A DNA stretch of 39,122 nucleotides from a virus (Duplodnaviria > Caudoviricetes): IMG/VR virus record IMGVR_UViG_3300043400_000036, positions 1 through 39,122 of that record. One strand, written 5' to 3'. Of this stretch, positions 9,296 to 18,120 are shown in pieces; the stretch's first letter is position 1; each line of letters begins with the position of its first letter. The position numbers and the translations under genes are program-made. Under the pieces are notes generated by a model. It searched no databases and had not been told where the DNA came from. It was given only the letters and a program-made list of their open reading frames with translations.

Positions 9296-10498
9296 TCAGG
9301 TGCGGGCCTGGGCGGCGCTGACGGCCCTCAGCACGGTGATGACGCGGCAGTGCTCATCGAACGCGGTGAGCACATCGCCCTCGCTCGCGTCGGGCGGCAT
9401 GCCACACAGCTCCGCGACCTTGGCCTTCAGCACTCGGTCCACGCACTTGAACGTCGCTTCCGCGTCGTTCAGCTCGCGCTGCAGCTTCTGGATACCTGCG
9501 TGCCAGATCCGAAGCTGCTCCGCAGCCGCCCGCCCCACCGCCCAGCCTTGCAGCGGCGGCACGCCCAGCGCGACCAGTGTGTCGTGCAGGTGTGTCAGCC
9601 AGCCGAGTTCCCGCTTCGTGGCGGCAGCCGCGTTGATGCCGGCCTGCATCAGCGCCTCGTCGGACAGCGTGGCGCGTGGCAGGTTGTCGAGGCCCACCAT
9701 CTCGATGATGCCACGCCGCAGCAGGTACTGGCTGTCCTGCAGTCGCATGACCTCCCGCTCCGCGCCCTTGGCCTCCGAGGCCAGCCGGCGCAACAGCTCC
9801 ACTGCCTCCAGCAGCACTGGGTAGCCTTCGCGGGCCGGCTCATCCAGCTCGTCCATCACCTTCGCCAGCGCGTAGGCACCCCACGCTGCATCCTGCGCCT
9901 GCTTGGCCTGGTGGTGCAGCCCTTCATCGGTGTGCCCGGTGGCCTCGTCGGGTGCCTTGCCCGCCAGCTCGGCCAGCGCACTGCGGAAGTACGCCACACG
10001 GCCCAGCAGCTCCGCGATCTGTCGCTCCGTCACGGCGCGGCGCTCTCGCTGCCCGCGCCAGAATCGCTCGCGGATCTCCGCATCCGTCATGCCCGTGATA
10101 CCCAGCGGGCGGCTGTCCTCATCGCGGGACAGATCGAGGCGGTACCCGGTCAGCAGGTCCGTCAGATCCTTGATCTGGCGGGTGTCCGCGTCCTCGACTT
10201 CACCCATGGCCTCCACCAGATGCGTCAGCCGCGCCAGCACTACGTCGGCGTCCTGGCTGCCCATCACGTCCTGGCTGGTCAGCAGCGCGTTCGCGCCGTC
10301 CAGCAGCCGCCCATGCGCCGCGTTGGCGGCGAGGGAGTGGCGAGCCGTGGCGGCGGCCAGCACCTCGGCGTCGCTGGACACGCGGCGCACCGCGTCATTC
10401 GGTTCCAGCGCGGCGCGGAAAAAGGCGACGCGGGCCCGCATTACGCTGCACTCGGTAAGCGCGTGCTGAAGGTCGTCGTTGGGTTTCTGCTTGTTCAT
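9296..10498 (-). CDS. hypothetical helical/coiled-coil protein
   Basis: 400-aa ORF with GAGAA RBS and an internal repeat (RVAFFRAAL / RVAYFRSAL). Confidence 0.7.
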   Translation of the reverse strand: MNKQKPNDDLQHALTECSVMRARVAFFRAALEPNDAVRRVSSDAEVLAAATARHSLAANAAHGRLLDGANALLTSQDVMGSQDADVVLARLTHLVEAMGEVEDADTRQIKDLTDLLTGYRLDLSRDEDSRPLGITGMTDAEIRERFWRGQRERRAVTERQIAELLGRVAYFRSALAELAGKAPDEATGHTDEGLHHQAKQAQDAAWGAYALAKVMDELDEPAREGYPVLLEAVELLRRLASEAKGAEREVMRLQDSQYLLRRGIIEMVGLDNLPRATLSDEALMQAGINAAAATKRELGWLTHLHDTLVALGVPPLQGWAVGRAAAEQLRIWHAGIQKLQRELNDAEATFKCVDRVLKAKVAELCGMPPDASEGDVLTAFDEHCRVITVLRAVSAAQART

Positions 10499-10516
10499 GG
10501 TGGGTTCTCACTGTGG

Positions 10517-11533
10517 TCAAAGGGAGCTGATCATCAGCACCCAGGGGTCCGTGGCCATCACGGTGGTGGTGTCGGGGTAGTGGGCCGTGCGCGGGTCCAT
10601 CCCTGCGTAATCACGTCCGTCCGCCCGCACCTGGACGCTGCGCACGCCCGCCGGGGGCGGCAGCAGCACCGGGGTTTCGGCTTGCGGCGGGGTGTATTCC
10701 TCCCCCGTCAGGGCGTAATACTCGTCGGCCTGGGTCGCGGTCAGCACCCGCCCGGCGGCGATCCGGGCAGTCAACCACACCACGCGGGCCGCGTCGCGGG
10801 TGCGCTGGGCCAGCGCCTGACGTTCACGGGCCGCGACCTCGCGGGCGCGGACACTCTCGGCCTTGCGCTCCATCCGCGCCTGCGCCGCCTGCATGTGCGA
10901 GCGAGCGACGTGATCAGGCACCGTGACGGGCACGAACTCGCCGGCCTGGGCCAGCAGCTCGATCGCCTGCTTCCGTGCCGCCTGCACCTCGGCGTACTTC
11001 GCCCGCGCGGCGGCTCGGCGGCGTTCGCACCGGGCTGCCTTGTCGGCGTCGGCGGTGGCCCGCAGCGCGGCGGCGCGGGCTTCGCGGGCCTCGCGCTCCT
11101 GGGTCAGCAGCGCCTCGCGCTTGGCCTTGTACTGGGCCTGCAGCGCCAGCCGGTCAGCCTTCGCTCGCGCCATGATCTCGGCGGCTTCGCGGGCCTGCGC
11201 CGTGTCCTGCGCATAGCCCAGCTTGCGGGCACGGGCACGGGCCACGCGGGCGGCCTCGGCCTTCAGGGCCTCTTCGCGGGAGATGCGCGGGCGCGGGGCG
11301 CCGCAGTCGGTGCAGTCCTCGCCGGGCGTGCTGTACCACCCCGTCGTCCGGTGCCAGCGCACCACACGGGGCGCGTCGGCGTCGTGGTACTTGCGCCAGG
11401 TCCGCACCACCGCTGCGACGGGCAGCCCCAGCGCCCGCTCGATCTCGGCCAGCGTGCGCGGTACCCCGTCAGCCAGCAGGGCCGTGATCTTGGCCCGCAT
11501 CTGGACCGTGTGGTTCCCAAGTCCTCGTGCCAT
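10517..11533 (-). CDS. hypothetical protein with N-terminal HTH-like region and Ala/Arg-rich coiled coil
   Basis: RTLAEIERALGL HTH-like segment, a CTDC pair and a long helical region. Confidence 0.65.
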   Translation of the reverse strand: MARGLGNHTVQMRAKITALLADGVPRTLAEIERALGLPVAAVVRTWRKYHDADAPRVVRWHRTTGWYSTPGEDCTDCGAPRPRISREEALKAEAARVARARARKLGYAQDTAQAREAAEIMARAKADRLALQAQYKAKREALLTQEREAREARAAALRATADADKAARCERRRAAARAKYAEVQAARKQAIELLAQAGEFVPVTVPDHVARSHMQAAQARMERKAESVRAREVAARERQALAQRTRDAARVVWLTARIAAGRVLTATQADEYYALTGEEYTPPQAETPVLLPPPAGVRSVQVRADGRDYAGMDPRTAHYPDTTTVMATDPWVLMISSL

Positions 11534-11536
11534 GTC

Positions 11537-11860
11537 TCAGTACTCCATCGCAACCGCGTTGGCGGGCAAGCTGTACCGCTTGGCGGCGTAGGCGCGGGCC
11601 TGGGCGGCGGTGCCAACGCCGTAGACCCACACGGTCGTGCCGCTGATCTTCCACGTCGCCATGCACTCGACGGCGAACTCGTCGGCCAGCTCGTCCGAGC
11701 CGCAGCCCGGCATGGCGTCGCCCACCTTGCACGCGACGAAGATGTTCGTCGGCGCACGGGCTTGGCAGGAGGGGCTGGCGGGGTTCGTGACGACGGTCGA
11801 GCCGCCCCCGCCGCACGCGGCCAGCAGTAGGGTGATCGAGAGAGCCAGGAGGTTCTTCAT
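11537..11860 (-). CDS. putative lipoprotein
   Basis: Signal peptide and lipobox MKNLLALSITLLLAA-C, followed by GGGGS. Confidence 0.8.
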   Translation of the reverse strand: MKNLLALSITLLLAACGGGGSTVVTNPASPSCQARAPTNIFVACKVGDAMPGCGSDELADEFAVECMATWKISGTTVWVYGVGTAAQARAYAAKRYSLPANAVAMEY

Positions 11861-12384
11861 GTTGCTTCTCGGTTGGTGGTGGTGGTGGTGGCAGTGACAA
11901 TCAGCGCCGTGGTGGCGTGGGTCTTGTGGTGGTAGGTGCGGGTGACCTCGATGCCGGCCGCCACGCAGGCCCGCACCACGGCCTCGAAGCCATAGGTGCC
12001 GTCCAGACCCAGCTTCAGGTCATCGCCTAGCCGGACACAGCCCGGCAGGTCCGCCCGCCCCGCCCAATGCCGCACCATCTCGGCGGTCCAGCGGGCCTTG
12101 ACGTACTGCGCCAGGGCCCCGCCCAGCAGATCGTAGCCCCCGCCCTTGGCGCGGCCCCACACGCGCCCGTGCAGGTCCGCCAGCTCGACCACGTTCCAGC
12201 CGGCCGTCTCGGCGGCCTTGCTGACCTTGCGGGTGACGGTCAGCACGTCGATCGACGTGGCTCCGGCGGGGTGGATCACACGGGCTGCGACCACCGGGGC
12301 GCGGTGGGTGGTGGTGTTGACGCTGACGGTGGTGGTGGTGGTGGTGGTGGTGGTGGTGGTGGTGGTGGTGGTGGTGTCGCTCAT
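11857..12384 (-). CDS. hypothetical protein with N-terminal poly-Thr
   Basis: AGGAG RBS before ATG 12384 (MSDTTTT...); stop overlaps the lipoprotein start. Confidence 0.65.
   Translation of the reverse strand: MSDTTTTTTTTTTTTTTTTVSVNTTTHRAPVVAARVIHPAGATSIDVLTVTRKVSKAAETAGWNVVELADLHGRVWGRAKGGGYDLLGGALAQYVKARWTAEMVRHWAGRADLPGCVRLGDDLKLGLDGTYGFEAVVRACVAAGIEVTRTYHHKTHATTALIVTATTTTTNREAT
12328..12375. repeat. (ACC)16 trinucleotide microsatellite
   Basis: 16 perfect GGT units on the + strand. Confidence 0.95.
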
Positions 12385-12412
12385 GGTGGCTCCTGGCTGT
12401 GGTCGAAGGGGC

Positions 12413-12865
12413 TCAGACGTGCTTGACGAACAGCGGGCGCGTGCCCGGCTGCGCCTCGCCCAGCAGCCCCACTCCGGTGCCCTTGGCACCCCAGCGCATC
12501 GCCGTCTCCGGCCACACCAGCACGCCACGGTGCTTCGGGGCTTCGGCGTGGCACCCCACGTAGTCCTCGCCGTCGCGCAGTTCGGGGTGTCCGTGGGCGT
12601 ACAGCCCCTGCGCCCCGTGCAGCGGGTACCGGCTGTCCGTATCCAGCCGGGCCGCATGGGTCCGTGTCAGCTCGATGCCGGCCAGTGCGATGCGCGACGG
12701 ATCGACCCGATACGCGATCTTGTCGCGCAGGTCGAACACGATGTCGCCGACCTCGGCGGGAAGCATCTGCACCGCAGTGGCCGTGGCGATCAGCACGAAC
12801 GGGTTGAGCTTGGCGCCGCCGTCGTTGCGCAGGAGGTGGAACCGGTGGGTGATCATGTCGGGCAT
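12413..12865 (-). CDS. hypothetical protein
   Basis: 150-aa ORF directly downstream of a predicted promoter. Confidence 0.65.
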   Translation of the reverse strand: MPDMITHRFHLLRNDGGAKLNPFVLIATATAVQMLPAEVGDIVFDLRDKIAYRVDPSRIALAGIELTRTHAARLDTDSRYPLHGAQGLYAHGHPELRDGEDYVGCHAEAPKHRGVLVWPETAMRWGAKGTGVGLLGEAQPGTRPLFVKHV

Positions 12866-12883
12866 TTGCTATACCTGGTTAAC

Positions 12884-12903
12884 GTGTGACGCCAGTATAG
12901 CAC
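12884..12903 (-). promoter_or_regulatory. repeated promoter motif (extended -10)
   Basis: The minus strand reads GTGCTATACTGGCGTCACAC, 19/20 identical to the copy at 14464-14483. Confidence 0.6.
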
Positions 12904-12932
12904 CTGTATGCCCGGCTGCAACCCCCTGCGCT

Positions 12933-13334
12933 CTACAGGGTCATTCCGGGGCGCGTGCTGACCCCCGCCCCGTCGATCAGTGCGTCGGGCACGGCCGCGA
13001 GCGAGCCGAACGTGTCGCGCAGCCGGCTGCGCAGTTGCACGGCGGCTGCGCTCGGCATCGCCGTGAGACACCAGCGCCAGGGGCGGCCCTGCGCCACGAC
13101 GTCCCCGTGCAGCCGCGCCAGCAGGCCGCCCTCGGGCAGCGCGGCGGGGAAGCACAGGCGCAGGCCCAGCACGAACTGCGGCCCCACCTGCTCCGGGCCC
13201 AGCCTCGGTCCAGGAGCGAGGGGGCGTCCCGGTAGCACCCGCCACGCCCCCGTGGCGTCCCGCGAGGCCCACATCCCCGCCTCGCTGTCCGCGATGATCA
13301 AGTGCCAGGGCGACGGGCGGTGGAACGTGATCAT
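12933..13334 (-). CDS. hypothetical protein
   Basis: ATGA-coupled ORF in the minus-strand operon. Confidence 0.55.
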   Translation of the reverse strand: MITFHRPSPWHLIIADSEAGMWASRDATGAWRVLPGRPLAPGPRLGPEQVGPQFVLGLRLCFPAALPEGGLLARLHGDVVAQGRPWRWCLTAMPSAAAVQLRSRLRDTFGSLAAVPDALIDGAGVSTRPGMTL

Positions 13335-13708
13335 GCCCGCACCGTGGTGTGCATGGCCCCCTGCGGGTGCGTGACTGACGCCACCACCCGCGACCCCTGC
13401 AACATCCGCAGCTCGTGCGGTGGGTGTCGGCCGCGCCGCACCGACAGGCCCAGCGGCAGCAGCGCCGCGTTGGCCCGCCCCAGCACCTCGGCGATATGGG
13501 CGTGCGGCGGCATCGCCACCGTCACTTCGCGCACACCGGCGACCGGCTCGCCCACCGTCACCACGTCCGCGCCGTAGTAGCGCAGCAGCACGCCCCCACC
13601 CACGTCCTGCGACAGCAGCACCACTTGCGTGCTGGCACCGATGTGCTTCGGGGCTTCGCCCGCCAGCGCCTTGCGCATCTCGGCCTCGATCGTCTTGTGG
13701 ATGGTCAC
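13331..13708 (-). CDS. hypothetical protein
   Basis: GTG start (VTIHKTIEAEMRK...) overlaps the upstream stop. Confidence 0.55.
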   Translation of the reverse strand: MTIHKTIEAEMRKALAGEAPKHIGASTQVVLLSQDVGGGVLLRYYGADVVTVGEPVAGVREVTVAMPPHAHIAEVLGRANAALLPLGLSVRRGRHPPHELRMLQGSRVVASVTHPQGAMHTTVRA

Positions 13709-13917
13709 CGGTTCAGTCCCTCGATGGTGCGCTTCAGCAGCGCGATCTTGCCTTGCAGCATCCGCTGGTGCGCCAGCAGCGTGTCCAGGTGCTGCTGGCA
13801 CGCCTGTAGCACGGTGCCCGCCCGCTCGTCCACCACGACGCGCTGGCTGCTCACGTCGTCCTGTATCACCACCAGCATCGCCCCGTCCGGCGTGCTCCGG
13901 CTGTCCACGTGGATCAT
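13705..13917 (-). CDS. small coiled-coil hypothetical protein
   Basis: GGGAGG RBS; MIHVDSRS...; ATGA coupling. Confidence 0.55.
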   Translation of the reverse strand: MIHVDSRSTPDGAMLVVIQDDVSSQRVVVDERAGTVLQACQQHLDTLLAHQRMLQGKIALLKRTIEGLNR

Positions 13918-14447
13918 GCGCCCTCCCCTGCGAGCGAGGTGTCGTCCGTGAGGCCCCACGCCGCGAGCTGCGCCCGCCGGCCCGCCGCGATCCGCGCATG
14001 CACGTCCGCCGCACCCAGCCGCATCGCCAGCATCGCCAGCGCCATGCGCCCGTAGGCCAGCGCCGCCGCGTCGCTCATCAGCGCGTTTCCGTGCAGCGTC
14101 AAGATCTTGTGCCCCACATCGCTCACCAGCAGCGCCGCCCCGTCCGGCCCGCTGCGCGGGTACCACGCCACGCCCAGCAGCAGCGGCTCCAGCCCCGCCA
14201 CGCGGAACACGAACCACCGCGCATCAGGCACGCGCCCCACCGTCTCCGCCCCCCGCGCCGTCGCCTCCAGCCCGTGCGTCCGCACCGTCTTCACCGGTGG
14301 CACCGCCACCATCGGCGGCAACCAGGACGGCACCGGCACGGGGGGCTTCGGCGGCAGCTCGTCGAAGTGCAGGTAGCCCACCCGGTCGGTGCGCTGCGAC
14401 CCCAGCGGGTCGTAGGACCGGGCACGGTCAATCGTTGTCAAATCCAT
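13914..14447 (-). CDS. hypothetical protein
   Basis: GGAG RBS before MDLTTIDRARSY; downstream of the repeated promoter motif. Confidence 0.6.
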   Translation of the reverse strand: MDLTTIDRARSYDPLGSQRTDRVGYLHFDELPPKPPVPVPSWLPPMVAVPPVKTVRTHGLEATARGAETVGRVPDARWFVFRVAGLEPLLLGVAWYPRSGPDGAALLVSDVGHKILTLHGNALMSDAAALAYGRMALAMLAMRLGAADVHARIAAGRRAQLAAWGLTDDTSLAGEGA

Positions 14448-14463
14448 CGTAAGATACTCCGTA

Positions 14464-14483
14464 GTGTGACGCCAGTGTAGCAC
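14464..14483 (-). promoter_or_regulatory. repeated promoter motif (extended -10)
   Basis: The minus strand reads GTGCTACACTGGCGTCACAC; second copy of the 12884-12903 motif. Confidence 0.6.
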
Positions 14484-14485
14484 GC

Positions 14486-15136
14486 TCAGACCGTGCGCGG
14501 CGAGAACGCCGGCAGGTCCACCTCGATCCCATCCAGCAGCCCGCGCCACCGCTTCAGCGCCACCGCGAGCGAGTGCTCGGCATCGGTCAGCGCGTCGCGC
14601 AGCACGCGCACGTCCGGCGTCACCGGCGGGGCCTTCGGCCAGCCACGGGCGGGTTTGCGCACGCCCGCCAGCGTCCGCAGTTCCTCGTGGGTCCGCGCCG
14701 CCGCCTGCAGGGACGGGTAATGCACCGCGTACTCGGCGACGCGCCGCCACAGCCGCGCCCGTGCCGCCGTCACCACGCCCAGCGCCACCCGCACCGCCGG
14801 GGCGCTCAGCCGCACCCCGGCCGCCCGCAGCGCCACCCGGACGGCCTCGTCCTCTATCGCCACCAGACACGCCGCCTGCACCTCCCGAGCCACCCATCGA
14901 TGCCCAGGCGTGACCAGTGCGTCCACAGGGGAGCCCGCGACATAGGCCGGACCAGCCTGAACCAGCAGCAGTGGCTCCGTGCGCGGATCGTCCAGATCGA
15001 TGCCCGTGGCGTGCAGCACCAGCGCCCGGTGCAGCGCGTGGGTGAGCGAGGTGACGCGGGTCAGCTCGTCGTCGGGCAGGCGCACCGGGCCGTGGACTGC
15101 CATCAACCGGCCCACCGTCTCGCTGACGGCGCTCAT
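14486..15136 (-). CDS. hypothetical protein
   Basis: 216-aa ORF with GAGG RBS and ATGA coupling. Confidence 0.65.
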   Translation of the reverse strand: MSAVSETVGRLMAVHGPVRLPDDELTRVTSLTHALHRALVLHATGIDLDDPRTEPLLLVQAGPAYVAGSPVDALVTPGHRWVAREVQAACLVAIEDEAVRVALRAAGVRLSAPAVRVALGVVTAARARLWRRVAEYAVHYPSLQAAARTHEELRTLAGVRKPARGWPKAPPVTPDVRVLRDALTDAEHSLAVALKRWRGLLDGIEVDLPAFSPRTV

Positions 15137-16287
15137 GCCTGCACCTCGTCGGCAGCCGGGACGGGCAGGGCGCCAACGGTCACCTGTATGTGCTGGCGGT
15201 ACACCGCCAGGTCCATGCGCAGCCCACGCACCTCAGCCTCCAGCACCCGGATGCGGTCGTGGCACGCCTGCAGCTCGGCGCGGTGTGCGGCTGTGGGACT
15301 GCGGCGCTTCGCGGGCGTGGCCTGGGCGGACAGATCGACCTCGTGGATCGGCGCGTCGAGACTGGGCGCAGGCTGGGCGGGCGGGGGCGGCAGTAGGGCC
15401 TCGCGGGCGGCCTTGCGTTCGGCGCGGCGCTTGGCCGTTGCTTGGTGCATCTTCGCCAGCGCACCGCTGTGTGCAGCCAGCAGCCCGTCGCTGGTGTGCT
15501 CCCACAACACGCCCCCCTGCGCAAGCGCCTCGTCGAGCGAGGTGTGCGGCGCGTTGATGTACTCGACTTCTTGCGTCAGCGCGTCACGCAGGATGTCCAG
15601 CCCCTTGGTTGTCAGGCGCCACATCTGGAAACTGCGGTTCGGGTTACCGTTGCCCGCTGGGCGCCCCATGCCGTCAACGCACAGGGCTGGGTACCACGCC
15701 GCACGGCGCTCCAGCGACTGCAGCTCCACGTCCCCCAGCACCCGTTCGATCAGCCCATGCACAGCCGCCGCGTCCCACAGCGGCATCACGGTGGTGTAGA
15801 GCGATGCCGCGCCCAGGGAAGCCGTCACCGGCAGGAGCGACAGGAGGGGGTGCTGCCGGACGGCCTCGGGGTCGAGGCCAGGGGCCAGGTGCCAGTGCGT
15901 CGCTGTGCTGTCCGTCACCCGCCGCGCCCATGCCTGCCACGGGTCCGGATGGGCCGCGTCGGTCGAGCCGCGCAGGGCCGGGTAGGCGCCTAGCAGCGCG
16001 GACAAGGCGATTTTTGCAGGGGCTGCCTGCCCTGGGTTGTTGGTCCACAGCGCACGTGCAGGCGACGCGATAGCGTGTCGCAGGAGTCGATGGCACTCGC
16101 GGGTGTCACTGGCCGGCGGGATGGCGAGCCAGCCGAACGACGGGGCGGGCGGGACCGGGGCGCCGCGCAGCAGCTCGTCGGGGGTGGGCAGCGCGTAGTC
16201 GGGGGTCACGGCCATGACGCGCAGGAACGGGTGCGCGAGGCGCAGCAGGGCGGTGCGGGTGAACGAGGGGGTGAGGTCGGTGGGCAT
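15133..16287 (-). CDS. hypothetical protein, possible winged-helix DNA-binding protein with C-terminal coiled coil
   Basis: GGAG RBS; WRLTTKGLDIL resembles a wHTH wing motif; first gene after the AT-rich region. Confidence 0.6.
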   Translation of the reverse strand: MPTDLTPSFTRTALLRLAHPFLRVMAVTPDYALPTPDELLRGAPVPPAPSFGWLAIPPASDTRECHRLLRHAIASPARALWTNNPGQAAPAKIALSALLGAYPALRGSTDAAHPDPWQAWARRVTDSTATHWHLAPGLDPEAVRQHPLLSLLPVTASLGAASLYTTVMPLWDAAAVHGLIERVLGDVELQSLERRAAWYPALCVDGMGRPAGNGNPNRSFQMWRLTTKGLDILRDALTQEVEYINAPHTSLDEALAQGGVLWEHTSDGLLAAHSGALAKMHQATAKRRAERKAAREALLPPPPAQPAPSLDAPIHEVDLSAQATPAKRRSPTAAHRAELQACHDRIRVLEAEVRGLRMDLAVYRQHIQVTVGALPVPAADEVQA

Positions 16288-16395
16288 TGACGGCTCCGGT
16301 TGGTAAGGGCGTAGTGTGACATATAACAGACGGAAATCGCAAGGGCGGCCGATCAGTTATGTGAAGTCTCATGTACTGTTCACGTCATGTTCGCG

Positions 16396-16561
16396 TAATA
16401 ACAATCGAATTATGGGATTTACCCCACTTTTGACCTTTTGGGGTCTTACGCGGGAGCGAGAGGGGTGTTCTGCGTGGCGAGGGACGGGCGTAAGCTTGGC
16501 GGGGCGCGTAAGACGGCAAAACCCGGAATGGGGGGTAAAACCAATAATACAACTCTTATTA
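16396..16561. repeat. long imperfect inverted repeat (56-bp arms, 52-bp spacer)
   Basis: 16397-16452 aligns without gaps to the reverse complement of 16505-16560 (41/56 by hand count), including GTCTTACGCG and TTTACCCC blocks. Confidence 0.8.
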
Positions 16562-16715
16562 GGTTATTAGTACGCTATCTTGACAATAGAACACATATAC
16601 ATAGAGTGTTCTAGTGGTCAATATTAATGCATCTATAGCTACTTAGGTACGTATAACACACTGTTATATGCACAGACACGCGTATAGATCGAGGGGAGGG
16701 ATGGGGTCTGGGGAG

Positions 16716-16925
16716 GGGCTTCGGGGGTTCGGCCGCTGTTCATGGAAGCTCACACTCGATCTACGCCCCGATCGCACCCCCGAAGTCCATAAGTAGCGGT
16801 GCGGCTTCGGGGCTTCGGTCGCTATTTATGGAAGATCACGCCCCGAAGTCCATAAATAGCGGTGCGGCTTCGGGGCTTCGGTCGCTATTTATGGAAGATC
16901 ACACTCGATCCACGCCCCGATCACG
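16716..16925. repeat. 63-bp tandem repeat with internal hairpin, plus a diverged third copy
   Basis: CCCCGAAGTCCATAA(G/A)TAGCGGTGCGGCTTCGGGGCTTCGGTCGCTATTTATGGAAGATCAC at 16778-16839 and 16841-16902. 16716-16775 resembles 16865-16925. Confidence 0.9.
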
Positions 16926-17248
16926 CTCGGATGTCCGTAAATAGCGATGTCCCACTCGTCGTTCGGCGCCCAGTCCGCTATTTTTATCGCGTCGGCCCGC
17001 TTGATAGCCATCATCAGATTAGTACGTCTGGTTACATCTAGCGATGCGAGCGCGTGCAACGTCTCGGAGGGCGTCAAATAGCGATGACGAGGGACTGCGC
17101 GGGCTAGCGGGAACCGGGCGCAAATAGCGGTGAGCGCGTACGCCGCGATGGCGGGTCGGACTGAAATAGCGCCGACACGAACATCACGGGGCTGATAAGC
17201 CACAGCGCGATGCCACAACGCAGTACGGATTGCGGACAGCTCGTTCAT
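16889..17248 (-). CDS. hypothetical early protein
   Basis: GAAAGGAA RBS from cassette copy E precedes the ATG; the 3' end overlaps the tandem repeat. Confidence 0.55.
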   Translation of the reverse strand: MNELSAIRTALWHRAVAYQPRDVRVGAISVRPAIAAYALTAICARFPLARAVPRHRYLTPSETLHALASLDVTRRTNLMMAIKRADAIKIADWAPNDEWDIAIYGHPSVIGAWIECDLP

Positions 17249-17253
17249 GACGG

Positions 17254-17323
17254 TTCCTTTCAGGTCGGTGCGGGCTTGACGGTACGCCCAGGACTGGACG
17301 CACTGGCAACCCCGCAGGGTTGC
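17254..17323 (-). repeat. double-hairpin/RBS intergenic element, copy E (diverged)
   Basis: Minus strand: GCAACCC-TGCG-GGGTTGC CAGTGCGTCCA-GTCC-TGGGCGTACCG ... GAAAGGAA. Confidence 0.8.
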
Positions 17324-17333
17324 ATGTCTTGGG

Positions 17334-17534
17334 CTACTTGCTGTCTCGCACCCCCGACGCGGCGGTGCGGGCTTGCCTGTGCATCTCGTCTCGGGTGTTC
17401 TGCCGGTCCTGCTGGGGCGTGCGAGAGTGCCCGTAGTGCGTATCTACCGCGTTGCCAAAATCGTCAGTGACGAACACACGCAGCCCGACATGATGCCGAT
17501 TCAGGGGGTCATGGTTGACGCGGAAGGGGATCAT
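17334..17534 (-). CDS. small hypothetical early protein
   Basis: 66-aa ORF filling the gap between the upstream gene and element E. Confidence 0.45.
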   Translation of the reverse strand: MIPFRVNHDPLNRHHVGLRVFVTDDFGNAVDTHYGHSRTPQQDRQNTRDEMHRQARTAASGVRDSK

Positions 17535-17557
17535 GGTATGCCTCTACGTAGGTGGGA

Positions 17558-18115
17558 CTACAGGTCCAGATTGATCATGGCGATAGTCACGGCCGTCGAG
17601 TCCGTAATGTCCGGGTGGATGTGAAACCCGACCAGACACTGCGCGATGAACTCCGACTGATCAGGCACGAAGCCCCCCCGAATACCTGCAAATTCGGTCT
17701 GCCCGAATGTGTCGAACCAGTACACCAGTTGCGTCATGTTCATGGCGCGCGCATTCGGGACACGGTGGGTTTTGAACAGGTGCTTGAACACCGCGCAGTT
17801 GACGACGTGTTCGTCGTGAATCGAGAATGAGCGGCGCAGCCCGTAATGGTGCGAGTCGTGGATGAAGCGGAACAACACATTCCCGACAACCCCGTAGGGT
17901 GCAGTTTCGCAACGCTCGTGGCTGATGCGTACCGCGCCCCCTCGGGCGCCGGCCGTGGCGAACTCGCCCAGCAAGCCGGCATAGTCGGCCGGGACGTCCC
18001 CATCGGTCGGGTACCACCCGTAGTCTCGGGTGATGCGGGCGGCCGACTGCTCCAGTAAACCGCGTAGGATGCGGCCTTCACGGGCGACGACCTGACGGGC
18101 GGTGACGATATTCAT
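17558..18115 (-). CDS. phage protein with putative metal-binding FRxxHDxxH...E...DxxGQ motif
   Basis: NVLFRFIHDSHH...FSIHDE...DTFGQ...FVPDQ. Start MNIVTA follows the cassette RBS. Confidence 0.65.
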   Translation of the reverse strand: MNIVTARQVVAREGRILRGLLEQSAARITRDYGWYPTDGDVPADYAGLLGEFATAGARGGAVRISHERCETAPYGVVGNVLFRFIHDSHHYGLRRSFSIHDEHVVNCAVFKHLFKTHRVPNARAMNMTQLVYWFDTFGQTEFAGIRGGFVPDQSEFIAQCLVGFHIHPDITDSTAVTIAMINLDL

Positions 18116-18120
18116 GGCGA

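Noticed and set aside
8909-11830. 973-aa plus-strand ORF (also 28425-31490 minus, 4222-5778 plus and similar)
   Set aside because: These are antisense shadows of real genes in high-GC DNA, with no motifs or RBS.
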